DNA of 64,000 nucleotides from Callorhinchus milii (taxonomy: Eukaryota): the NCBI RefSeq assembly GCF_018977255.1, contig NW_024704742.1:13580001-13644000 (forward strand), given 5' to 3'. Numbering within the stretch: the first letter of the stretch is position 1; the number at the start of each line of letters is the position of its first letter. Shown piece after piece: positions 49,808-62,587 of the stretch. A program made the translations under genes and the position numbers. The notes under the pieces are model-generated. The model searched no databases. It was not told the DNA's origin and worked only from the letters and a program-made list of their open reading frames with translations.

Positions 49808-50844
49808 TATTGAAGGCCATACTTGCATTTATATAGCGCTCATCAGGCAGGGTAAAGTCTCAGAGTGTGATAAACCAGCTTCAAGGTTTTTTGTCCATCA
49901 TACATGACAAGCATCGCGTTCACTAAACCTGCCATCCACAATGCTGTTTGAAGCGGCTGAAGTCACTCTGCTATTCAGCCCAAGTTATTGAACTTTATGG
50001 AGAGTTCAATGCCTTTAAACTCTGAAGGCCACCAGCTTACTTTGTATTGCTTAATGGCCTGTGGCGTGCCTTTTATTGCAGTGAAAGTTAAGAGGTCCCG
50101 GTTCCTGAAAGGTTGTATTGCTTGGAGTTATGTAAGTCCTACGTGCTGAGTAGAGAGTAACTTTTTTTTAAAAGACCAGTGTTGGATGTGAACTTGTTTT
50201 CTGAATCATTGGGAACCAGATTCACTTATAATTTCTGCTTGAATAGACATGCATGATTCGTACTGGACCAGCGAAGAATTTTGGGAATGAATCCCTTGGT
50301 GCAGTTTCTTCCACTTAGTGAATGAACTCCTCTTTATGTTTCCCTCCAGTTCTTTGTTAATAGAGCCGTGTTTACTCAGGTGCATTATAGTTCCATTTCA
50401 AGGAACATATTTTTAATCATTTTTCAAATCTCTCATGATCCATTGGTCTAGTGCATGAAGCTGCAGCTGTAATTTTACTGACCTAGAAAAATAACCCTGC
50501 TTTCATAACTTCAATGATATTCTCCTTCAGGTGAGATGTTAAATCAAGGCACAAATTGTCTGCTCAACAGACACATCACAACACACTATGAGATCCCCCC
50601 TGACATGAAATGTAAGGATTGTATATTATTATGACAGTTATGGAGAAGAACAGTGGAGTAGGATGCAGTGAGCAAGCAGCATCAACACCAGCTCAAGTGT
50701 GATGGGTTGATTGGCCCTCTGTACATAAACATGTTATTGGGGGAAAAATTGTGCTACTCTTCAAAGCAATCCTTAATTCATTTCAGTAACACTTTAATAA
50801 CTACCAGCAGGTGTCGACACTCACCAGGTAAATAGTTTGTTCCA

Positions 50845-51745
50845 CTGCTGCCCTGACAGAATGTCTGTCAGACATCAAATCCTGGATGAGAGCTAACTTT
50901 CTACAGTTGAACATCAACAAGACTGAGGCTCTCCTGATTGAGCAAGGCCCTCCACACCTCAGGCACTGTAACAGCATTACCATTCACGGATACCCACTCC
51001 ACTTCACTAAACCAGTCCAGAACCTTGGTGTCTTGTTTGACCCTCGATTATCTTTTCTACCCCACATCTATGTCTGCTCTGCCTTCCCCCCACCTCCACA
51101 ACAATGCCTGGCTTCCACCGCAGGCAGCCAAGACCCTCATACACGCATTCATAATATCCAAGCTTGACTACGCAAACCCCCTGCTTGTCGGCCTCCCCAA
51201 CTGCTCCCTCCATAGATTGCAGATCATCCAGAACCCTGCAGCCCGTGTCCTCTCCCGCACCAGACTCCGTGACCCTATCATCCCTATCCTCACCAGACTC
51301 CACTGATTTCCCATCACACAGAGGATACAGTTCAAGATCCCAGTCCTCACCTTCAAAGCCCTCCATGGTCTTCCTCCCCCTATCTCGCCGACCTCCTAAC
51401 CCCCTACCAACCTGCCCACTCCCTCCGCTCAGTGGGCTCTGGCTTGCTTCACGTACCCCTGCCTCGCTCGCCCCACAATTAGCGGGCGGGCCTTCTGCCA
51501 CTCTGCCCCCACCCTCTGGAACTCCATGCTGCAGTCCTCTGCCTCACCCCATCCCTTGCCTCCTTCAAGACCTGTCTCAAGAACCTCCTCTTCGAACGTG
51601 CCTTCGGTCACCCTCCTTCCCCTCTGCCCTCCACCCTCCCCAATCCTGACCCCCAGCTCGGGTCCGAAACATTGATTGTCCAGCACTTTGGGATGTCCTC
51701 CCAACATGAAAGGCGCGATACAAATGTGTTGTTGTTGTTATTGTT
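50845..51745 (+). mobile_element. L2 3' fragment, frameshifted
   Basis: [51 protein letters not shown], then the L2 stem-loop and (GTT)n tail. Confidence 0.93.
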
Positions 51746-51897
51746 TTTCTTCTTCTTTTTAGGATCCAAGTACTGCCAATTAACTCATAGTGAGTGATAA
51801 GATTGGAGTTGTCAGTCATAGCCCACCCAACTGGTAGAAGTTTTTTGGGAATTAGAAGAGGGATGATTTCAGGGCAGCACCAGCTAGTGTTTTTTTT

Positions 51898-52070
51898 CAT
51901 AGATTCATAGAATATTACGGCACAGAAGGAGGCCATTCGGCCCATCGAGTCTGTCCCGGCTCTTTGGCAGAGCAAGTCACTTTCACTAACCCCAATCACC
52001 AGCTTTTTCCCCATAACCCTGCAAACCCGTCTTCCCCAGATACCTATCCAGTTCTCTCTTAAAAGCTGTT
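51898..52070 (-). mobile_element. CR1 3'-end fragment
   Basis: catagattcatagaatattacggcacagaaggaggccattcggcccatc is a CR1-type terminus. Confidence 0.8.
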
Positions 52071-55000
52071 CATTAAAACATTGCTTAAATAAATTAAGAA
52101 ACATTTTAAGGAGTACTCTAGATTTTCCCCTGGGATTCTAAATGCACAGTATATGATTTTTAACCTTAGGACATTTAAAACAGTTAATTTTTTGAAATAA
52201 GGGTATGGGTGTTTTTACCCACTGTAATTACTAGGTTTTTCCACACTGAGACACTAGAGCATCTATATTGACTAATCTCAATAATACACATGCTAGGATG
52301 AACAAGGTTTAACAGGACAGTTCTCAGTGGGAATGAAAATTGCAGCCATTGAATAGGACTTAATGGGTTGCAGAACCCAGTTCACAAGGTAAGTGCTATA
52401 ACAAGTGGTATATGGAAGGGGGAGGGGACAAGATTCGGGATGAACCAAAAATGCAGTTAACTGTGTTTTTAAAACCTGTCCTTAAAATAGGTTCAGGAAT
52501 GATACTTCTTTTCCCACTTGCCATACACACTAATGTGGAGGGCAGAGTGCATCTATTGAAGATTCAATACCAGACCCATTGTTTACGCCGGTGAGAAGCA
52601 GACCATCATTATTGCTGACCACAAGAGCAACGTTTTGGTGCAATTTTACCAGATACTGGTTGAACGGTGAAATAAAATGCTGAGGTTGGACAATGAATTA
52701 AGTTAAGTAAGGATAAAGTCTGTCATGTGTTGCCATGAAGCCAGCACATTAATATATTTCTCCCTATTGGGGTTTGACATGCAATATTCGCAAACCAGAT
52801 CTGTGACTTACTATTTGTGTTTTTTGGATTCTAAACTTTACATCAAGATTTGCGAATGTGAAAGAGCCAGAAAGCAAAACTGTTGGCAGGACATGGTTGC
52901 AATTAGCAATAAAACCAAGAAATCTATTTTGGAAATATCATATTGTAGACCCCATTGACATATTTTGACTGTGTTCAATCTCCATATAAACTTTCCAGTA
53001 TCTATAGGTCTGAAAATGGCAGAAAAGGCAAAAGAGCAAAGCTTCCCCTCCCACAACCATCTGTTTTGTTCTCTGCTCTTCACATTTCACATTTGGCAGC
53101 TTTCAGGAACTGCAATTGGTCTTTTAATTTTTTTCCCAAATGATAATAACCCTTGCTTTTGATATGGTGCCTATCACATCTTTGAAATGTCTCGAAGCTC
53201 TCCACTTAATTTATTGTAAATTGTAGTGACTGTGATATTTGTAGAGAAACTCAGCTAGCAAATTTGCTCACAGCAATGTTCTACAATCAGTCAGAAGTGA
53301 ATGAGCAATTTTATTGGGGAGATTGTTGGCCAGAACACTCCCTTTTCTTTTTGAATAGTGCCATGTGTTCTTTTGTGCCCCCCTGAACTCTGTTTAATAA
53401 AGGAAGGACATTTTGCCAATGTTTAGACTGGATTGTGAGCTCAAATTCCCGACTAGGTGGCAAATTAGACAGCAAAATAGAAGGTAGGAAGATACAGAAA
53501 CAAGATTTCGCCATTTGAAGCGGAACCAGTCCAGTGTAGAGGATTTTACAGAAGCACATGTAAAAATTAATAAAAACTGCAACTAAAACTAAAGTAAAAT
53601 AAATGCGTATCAATCTACATTATATACTGTAGTTTTTTAACGCCATCTTTGGAGAGACTCACCAGATGGTTTGGGATGCTGGTGTATGAGCACTCTGTGC
53701 TATTGAGATATAGGATTAGGGTTTAACTTCACAATTTCCAGTTTTGGGAATTTCTCAGTGAGCTGGGGAAATTGGAGGAAGCAGTGTGTGAAGGGGAAAA
53801 ACTTGTCACATGGAAATTATGGAAATCAGTGAGAAAATCAACTTGTAATGCATTCCTACACCCTGTGATATCCATTTCAACAGCAGCATTAAAAGAAGCA
53901 GAAGAGCAGGTTGCATCTCACTGCAGTCTCAGTATGGAAATTTTGTCAGGTGATGGAATGGCAATTGGCCTTGTTTTGTAAAAAGAGAATAAAAGAGAAA
54001 AATCCAATGTGCAAAAATAACCTTTTGATAAATAATCTAAAGTTTGTTTAATTTTGTGTGGAAGAAATCTGTGTCAGTATTTGACATTGATGATATTGTT
54101 TGAAGATCTACATGCTGGTTGATTGATGATTGCTCCCATTATATCTCAGCAGTTCCATACATACAGACAGACAGTTTAGCTGATAGACTTACCCGTGTGT
54201 TTGATTTTTATACTTTTACCAAATTGAAATATTGACAGAGGCCACAGTGGGCATCACTGAGGTCCACAGATTGAAGTGCCCTTTTCATTGAGGTTTTAGA
54301 TCGTGATCTCTGCTCCGTAACAACAAGTATAGGGAAATAATTTAGCTCCTAACATAGTGAATGATTCAGGCACTTTTCGTAGCCAAGTAAGCTGTATTTC
54401 TGCTCCTATCTGAAAAGTAACATTCTACTTGGCACTAGTTAATAGGAAATAAGCTGCACTTAACTGGAACATGCACACATCTTTAATAAGAAATGTAGAC
54501 TCTAAAATAGCAACATAATCTGATTTTGTAAATAAACAACCAACAATTATTAATTATTTTTGCGAACCCTCCCTCCAAAATCACCATCATGTGTTATAAT
54601 AAGAGGAGAATGCAGATCTTTTTCTGGAGGGTTTTAGTCACGTACGTGAATAGGTAATTGAGAGTGATTAGCACCAGTGATTACAATGAAGCAGGCAATT
54701 TTACATCCTTTAACATAAACAGATGTGATAGCTCCCAGCACAGCTGTAGCAGCCTGGCAACAGACCTAGCAACATGAGAAGCAAGGAGACAAGTGTTAGT
54801 CTTCCACCAGTGGGCAACCAGAAGAACACAACACCTTTGACAATGCAATACTTCCCCCCAAGTATCAGCTTGGACTGGCAAATGGCAATGTGGGGCTTGA
54901 ACTACATCCTTCAGACCAAGACATACATATTTCACAGTATGGACAAGTGTGCACTTCCATCTGCAATCACTACATGGGACGCTTCAGATTTTGCATACTT

Positions 55001-58000
55001 GGGATTTGAGATTAACCAAACCACACATTTTACTAATCTGATAATTCTAAATTGGAAGTCACAATTAATGTAATAAATCCGTTTTGCAATAATTGCATTT
55101 TAGAGCCTTTTGTTAAATAAACATTTTACTCTTGAATGATACAATTTGTTTGAAATGTAAATACCCAACTTTTGTATGAGTGACCCAAATCATTTTTTTT
55201 AATGAATTTTCTGCACTTATTGGCATACAGTTGATCTGCTAGTAAGTAATTTTGACACATTTTAAAAGGTTGTGACCAATGCTCCAAAAACTTACCTTGG
55301 TTCAGGAGACACTTTTGTCTTCCATGGTAAAGCCTCACCATAGAAAACATGAGCCTCCAAATATGAAAATGGCAGCTTTTCTGTTTCAAAANTTTTTGAA
55401 AGGTTATAATAATAATTCTTACATTTGATATAGCACCTTATCACATCTTCGAGTGAGCAGCAGAGTGGGATTAGATTGGGTGGCTCACTTGGAGAGAAGA
55501 GCCAGAGTAGATTTATTGTGCTGAAACAGCCCATTTCTTTGCTGTAATTTTTTACTAATCTATGGTTTTACTGTGCTCTGCATTTTCCTTAAAGAAAAAT
55601 AGAGAGATTCATCTTACACATTCATTTATGCACATGCTCAATGTTCAAAGAAGCTGTTGCTGGCATAAAACTTTCAATTAACATGTGCAGCAAGAAAAAA
55701 AATTCATTCTAACCCAGGGTTGAATGGGGGGGGGGGGGGGGGTGGGGTTTGGGGGGAGGAGGTGAAGGAAGAAAAACTTTATACCAGAAAATTAACCTCA
55801 GGGTTCATCTAGTAAGGCATGATATCCTCAGAGGCGAGCCTTTCTTATGAATTTGTGTTGCTTCATTTCTGTTAATAAAATAGTCTCATAATACCAAGGT
55901 GAACTTTTCATACAACATGCACATCCTCAGTGAATAAAGATTTAATTGCCATGAAACCACTCCATGTGGATGCATTTTCACCACCAAGAGAAGGCTTGTG
56001 GAGAAGACAGCAAGTGGAAAGCTGTGATGTTGATTTACTAGATCTAGATTATCGGCAGCCTTTCTATTAATACAGCTCCTTGAAAGAATGCATTCAAGAT
56101 GTAAACTGTTTATATCAATATTTACAGTATGGATAGTAATGGGATTCTGCAATGGTATTTCATAGGAGTGAAAATAAAAATAATCATATTCCTGTGCGAA
56201 AGCATCGGCTTCAGTGAGCAGCTCACCACTTCTTTCAGCTTGAGAAGAATGAACAAGACAGTGAAAGTCAGAGAACGTCACCTGGGAGAACTGAAAGTAC
56301 AAGGAAAACTCAATGATCTTTATGTCTTAAAAATACATATTTTTAAATACACTAAAACAGCTCGAACATTGTAACTGTGTCATTTGGGAGAAAGACATTG
56401 TAATCCACATTCAGTTTCCCACAGAAGCATAATCCGCAATCACCCACAAAACACAGTAACTCCACGTCCCAATATATCCTGTGAAGCACTTTGGGATGAC
56501 TTCCTGATGTGAAAGGCCCTATAACCAAATGCAAAGTTTTAAAAAACATTTTACTTATTAAATCCTCTGAAGCCAAATATAGATTTGTATTATTTTCTTT
56601 TTAATGTGGGGGCAGCGTTTTTATGTTTCTCAGATCTTCACAGATCATGCAGTAGTTCCTGTTTGTCAATCAGCTGCAGTTGGTAGCATTCTTGCATTTG
56701 TGTCGTAAGGTTGTGGGTGAATCCTGCATCTGGGACTTTGGAGCAGGTCCAGACTGATACTCCAGTACAATTCTGGGAAAGTGCTGCATTGTTGAAGATG
56801 CTGTTCTTTGAATGAGGTGATGAACTGACTGCTCAGATGGAAATTCAACGACTGACATGACATTATTTGAAAAGTCATTATATATTACAGAAACCTCTGA
56901 AATGCTTTGAGACCTTTCAGTGTGATAAGGCACACTGTCTCAAATGCAAGTATATTTTTCCACTAGAGGATGCCAGAGAACAGCTTTGACAATGTGTTCT
57001 ATCTTGAGGAAAAATGCCAAATCTTGTAATCATATTATTGCCTATGGGATGTTGCTGACATAGATTGGCGCTTTTGCCTATATAACAACATTCACTACAC
57101 TTCAAAGCAACTTGTTTTGCTATGTGCTTTGAGACATTTTGGCGTGATAATGCTTGCATTTGATAAAGCAGCATATTATTTGTAATCAGTGATTAACATT
57201 ATACAATAGAATTCTCTAAGTTTTTGTTCATAAATTTAGACTTTATTCGAAACTTCAACAGTAAGTCCTACACTTAGCCATAATGGCCTTTTTAGACCAT
57301 TTCAATGGGTAGTAAAAATGTAGATGCTGAGATGTGCCTAAAGCATTATGACACGATGATTTTCATTTGAAACACATTTGTGCACTGCTGAGCATGTCTG
57401 TTCTTTCACAAGATGTTGGAAGCAGCTCGCACACAGTATATTTATGCACTAATGCCTGCTTATAGAAATTGAGGGCCGAGACACCCTGCTAAGTGGCTGG
57501 ATATTTGGATGTAATACTAGGTTCTGAAGTCTGCAGAAAACCCAGTTATGTCAGTTAAGTGAAAAGAGCCATAATTGAAATCACACAAGCTCGACTTTGG
57601 AAAATGTCACACAGACAGCGAATGTATAATATACTTACATATAAAATCTATTCAAGGGAAATATGATGTGGGTCAGCTCTCAGTGAAAGCTGTTAAAGGT
57701 CACAAGGGAAACGGTCAGCAATCAATACTTTAAAGCAGACATTTGTCACAGAAGAAACCTGTCTGGAAGCAGTGTGATAAGGCACTGTATTGACTAATGG
57801 TAATGCAGTGTCATTAGTCAACATTCAGTAAGAGGTGTAAAAATTAACTGACACACCTGATAACCAAGAGCTTGATATTAAGAGTTACAGTTTATATGCC
57901 AAATTACGATATTGTTTTTTGGTAATTGGAAGCTTCATGTGTCTATGGAATATTCCTTTCCAGAAGAAGGTACGTTTTTTAACGTTTTACCTTTTTAACG

Positions 58001-60429
58001 AAAATTAATCCAATAACCAATGTGGTTGATAGGTAAAGAACCCAGAGAACAGTTTTTTTTAAAAAAAGTTTTTACTTGAAAGATAAAGAAAATCTCAATC
58101 TTGTATTTGTTGAACCAATGAAAATCTGTGAGAAACAAGGGTATTAGTATGCTCAACAAAAATTTACACTGATACAGAATCTTTCAAATTGGGCGAATGT
58201 CTCAAAAGCTCTTTACAAAGTTTGATGTTCTCGCAGTAACTCACAAGTAAAAAGGTCGAAAAAAACATAAGAGAGACTGAGATAAATCAAGAAGCATTAG
58301 TTAGATGATGCCACGTTTAGGTTTTAAATCTCTATAAGTTGTATTAAAGAAAGGAAAGATTGAGAGAAGCTCAAGGAGTTTCTTAGTGTTGAGGTCCTGG
58401 GAAAGAACAAGCTGTTAACCTGATTTACCATTATAACTGACAGCACAACGTTGAAATTCTGGTACAAAACTGTAAAAAAGCTAATGCCAGTTGGGGGAAG
58501 GGGTCTTTGCACTAGTTCATTTGCATTCTGATATTCCAGGAAAAGCACACATATTTCCTAGAACCATCAGCAAAGGAGAAGTGGCACAGTCATTTACAGC
58601 ACAGCACGCAAGGGGTCATCTGACAGGATAGTTAGGCGACTTGACAAGGCTGTGGCACCAAGCAACTATGTAAGGGGGAAAAAGCTTTCGAAGGCTAGAG
58701 TTCAGAATTATCGACATTGCGGATTATGCCGTTATGCGGAACTCGCATTTTATTAGATCATGTGAATGTGCTGTTCTATCTGAATTCAAGCTCGCAGGCC
58801 ACACCAACTTATCCTGCATCTTGCGTCACCAAATCCCATGGCCCCTGTCAATCTGTTGAACAGTAACTCTGAACAGTAGACAAAACTCCAAAAGCATTAT
58901 ACACTTTCACGGGATCAATAAAGCATTATTACATTGCAGGCCATCTGAGAGGAACTTCTAATCTCAGAACAGAATGGACATTTCCATTAGTGAAAACAAC
59001 AGAAAGGAAAAACAATAGCAGATTGATAGAACTTGCACACAAAAATATCATTTAACATATATAATAAAACTTTTCCTCTCAGGAAGATCTAAAATGTAGA
59101 TTAGGCTAATAACATATGAACTAACCATCGCCAGTTGAAGGCAGGTATCCTCAATTATGTAAGTATCCAATGAAAAGGATTACCTAAATCACCTGAATAA
59201 TAATAATAATCCTTGTATTTACAGAATGGTTAGTCTATGAGCTATTGGACCACTGTGCATGTTGGATCCCATTGTCTTGACTTGGGAAAATCTGTACTCT
59301 TCCAAACATGTTACGATCTTACAGTCTTTTTCCAAATTTCCTGGCTTTCAGGTTTCCTCTCAAATTATTCTGCCTATTTGCCTGCCTGTTCAGTGGACAC
59401 TAAAGATCCTGCGATACTATCTGAAAAATGTTGGGAGATTCCCTGATTCTCTCCAGAACCAGGTCATCAATTCTCCAGTTAAATTTGATTAGTAACTTCA
59501 TGGAGAATTGGCTGTCGTATTTGCTCAAAAAAATATTGTCACTACCCTTTACATTAAATCTTGTGAAATATTTTGAAGCATTTCGCTGACTTGATAAGGT
59601 GATATATCAAATGCAAACATTATTATTTATTGTATTCTATTTTGCTGTAGGTGATGATGCAGCTTTTGGTTCTTCCATCAATTCATTGAATCTGTTCTTT
59701 CTCCCAATGTATTCCTTCTCCACATCAAAGATTTCCTCAACATAGCATTCAACCCTATTCATGCTTTTTCTATTGATTGCTTTTTGCATTCATCAACTTT
59801 AATCCTTTTATATTTGTTTATATGATCTTTCGATGTCACTGTTGATTACCTTAATCTTGGCTCATGTGTTTGCCCATTATGAGCTGATAATTTTGTTTGT
59901 TTGTTATTGTTCCAGGAAAGTCATCTGTATCCAGTGTAACGTGGATGTATTTGATATTTATTTTACATGCAACCTTGTCCTGGCTTCCCATCTCACCGCT
60001 CCCCATACATCAAAACCATTTGCTCTGCATTTCAAAAAAATCACCCAAAATAAAAAGTTAAAAAAATCTCAAGCAAGACCTATGTTCAGAATACATCACA
60101 TCCTGTCAATTTATTTAAAGGGAAACTTTCTGTGGCATCATACCCCGACACTACCCTGCGTGAGGGGGGTGGGGCTATATAACTGTTTTGTTTATATGTG
60201 GGACTCTCAGTCTGCTTTGGACATTGTTAAAAATGGCTGTAGGTTTTCATGTGAGTCAGATATCTGACTTATCAAAAATAAATCCTGATTCTTCGCATTT
60301 GAATAAAGGGAGCCCAGACACCCAAACACATTGTTTTATATATATATTCTGATACCATCTGTCATCATTCTGATACCATCCTGCTACTTTAACAGTCTGT
60401 AAGATGCTTTGGACATATGTTATATAATA

Positions 60430-61309
60430 CTAGCTGAACCCGTTGCAGCTTCGCTTGCAACCAAAGGATCCAATATAGAATGTAGATTGACATACAGACA
60501 GACACACAGAGAGACATTTTGTCTTTATATTCAGCTGGGAGGAACTCCTTTGGGAGGACTCCCATCAAAGCTACGCTAACCAGCAGGTCTTCGAATTATT
60601 GCAAGGCTTTGGAGTAGATGAACATTTGCAGTTTTTCCTGCTTCGGGCATGATGTACAGGTTTTGAGATGAATCCACACGTGAGCATCCAACATAGAATT
60701 GTCCATGGTAAAAGGTGTATTCAGGGTGTATTCAAGAAAAGGCCAACAACCTTTAAGCTCTGCCCCTGGGCCTTGTTAACTGACATGGCAAAGCACATTT
60801 GAATAGGGAATTTGGAGCCTTTGGAACTCAAATAGGCAGTCATTGTCCCCTTTGAACTGACCAGTCAGAATAGTTGCTTCTATAACACATGACCCCTATA
60901 ATAATAATAATAATCCTTGCATTTGATATAGCGCTTTTCACGTCAAGAGGACGTCCCAAAGCGCTTCACAGAACACACTGTAAAGTGAATTGACTGTATA
61001 TTTGTGGGCGAACGCGGCAGCCAATTGCGCACAGCAATGTCCCACAAACAGTCGTAGATTGAAAATGACCAATTTATTATTGTTTTTGGAGGGATTATTA
61101 TTAGGCTCTGTGTGGAGTAAGGAAACTTGCCCAAGGTTTCGCCCTCTGCCTGGAATTGAACTCAGGTCTCTCACTTGCAAAGCGAGTGCTCTAACCACTG
61201 AGCTACAGGACTCCACCCCTAGTTGAGAGAACTCCTGTTGGGAGGACTGTAGCTCCCGTGACAACCCAAAAGACTGCCATACATTTGTTGCAGAATATAT
61301 TAGTATAGA
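60430..61309 (-). mobile_element. Non-autonomous Helitron with intact termini and a PIF1-type helicase remnant
   Basis: Minus strand: a|TCTATACTAATATATT ... hairpin gttgcaagc-gaa-gctgcaac ... gggttcagCTAG|t. Internal translation VIEATILTGQFKG..FEFQRLQ.FPIQMCFAMSVNKAQGQSLKVVGLFLNTP..HGQFYVGCSRVDSSQNLYI...KTANV.YSKALQ*. Confidence 0.92.
60899..61216 (-). mobile_element. Young tRNA-Ala-like SINE inserted in the Helitron
   Basis: Full-length copy; TSD cccta at 60894-60898 and 61217-61221. Confidence 0.94.
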
Positions 61310-61689
61310 TGTATCTCTTTAACAGGTTGTGTGCTTTCCTATGCTGCTACTTTGTTGCAGAATACCATTCATACCTCATGTTTTGGGGCTCAATTAAAAC
61401 ATTTTTGAAATACAGCTCATCAATGATCGGAGGTCCCTGAAAAAAAAAGGGCCCATGACACTCTTGCAATCAAGACCTTTCCGATAAGGTATAAATCATG
61501 TCTCTATTCACCTATTTACTTGCAGATGTTCATGCACTGGTTGTCTGGTCACATTCTACAAAGAGCTTGGTCTGCAAAGATTAGAAAAAGAAGGCTTCAT
61601 AAGCATCAAGGGCCACTGCTTTACATTCATGATAATTATGAAAAAGAATCATCCATAAATAGTGTATAAGTTTAGAACATTGCAAGTTG

Positions 61690-62587
61690 ATCAGGCTCCG
61701 CTGATTCCCCATCACCAAATTGACCGATTTCAAGATCCTCACACTTGTGTTCAAATGCCTTCACTCTCTGGCAGCTCCCTACTGCTCCAACATCCTCACT
61801 CCCTAATCCACTCCGCTCGACAGGCACCGGCCTCCTACTTGTCCCTCGCACCCTCCACTCATAAGACCATAAGACATAGCAGCAGGAGTAGACCATTCAG
61901 CCCCTCAAGCCTGCCCCGCTATTTAATAAGATCATAGCTGATCTTCTAATCTAATTCCATTTACCCGCCCTATCTCTATATCCCTTAATCCCTCTATCCT
62001 TTAGAAATCTGTCAACCTCAGTCTTGAATATGTTCAAGAACTGAGCATCTACAGCCTTCTGGGGTAGAGAATTCCACAAATTCACTACCCTCAGTGAAGA
62101 AATGTTTCCTCAACTCAGTTTGAAAAGACTGACCCTTAATCATGAGACTATGACTCCTAGTTTTAGATTCTCTAACCAGGGGAAACAGTCTCACAGCATC
62201 TATACCCTGTCAAGACTCTTAAGAATCTTATAGGTTTCTATAAAATGACCTCTATTTCTTCTATATTCTAGAGAATATAGGCCTAGCTTACTTAACCTCG
62301 TAGGTTAACCACCTCATCTCAGGAACCAACCGAGTGAATCTGTGTTGCACCCCACCATCAGATGTCACGGTTTCAGCCACTATGCCCCAAAACTCTGGAA
62401 CACTCTCCCTCAATCCCTCTGCCTTGCTCCCTCCCCTTTTTCAAGTCCCACCTGAAAACCTTCCTCTTCGACGGTGCTTATGGACACCTCCCCCTCCACC
62501 CCTGGCTTGGAGTCAGGCTCCACCACTGCTAAGCACTCTGAGATGCTACCCCATGTGGAGGGTGCTAAATAGGTGCAAGTTGTTGTT
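61690..62587 (+). mobile_element. L2 3' fragment (+) interrupted by a CR1 3' fragment (-, about 61860-62352)
   Basis: L2 sequence ...ttcaagatcctcacacttg...caccctccact resumes as accatcagatgtcacggtttcagccac... after the CR1 segment, which begins cataagaccataagacatag. Confidence 0.85.

Noticed and set aside
52316..52394. Consensus donor AAG|gtaagt at about 52389
   Set aside because: All three frames between nearby acceptors and this donor contain stops, so a coding exon is unsupported. A non-coding exon is not excluded.
55886..56374. Overlapping 138-aa (-) and 81-aa (+) ORFs in unique sequence
   Set aside because: No recognisable domain and no convincing splice-site pair bounding a coding frame.
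60596..60890. Host PIF1 helicase exon or processed pseudogene
   Set aside because: It lies between canonical Helitron termini and is frameshifted and internally deleted, so transposon Rep-Hel is the better explanation.
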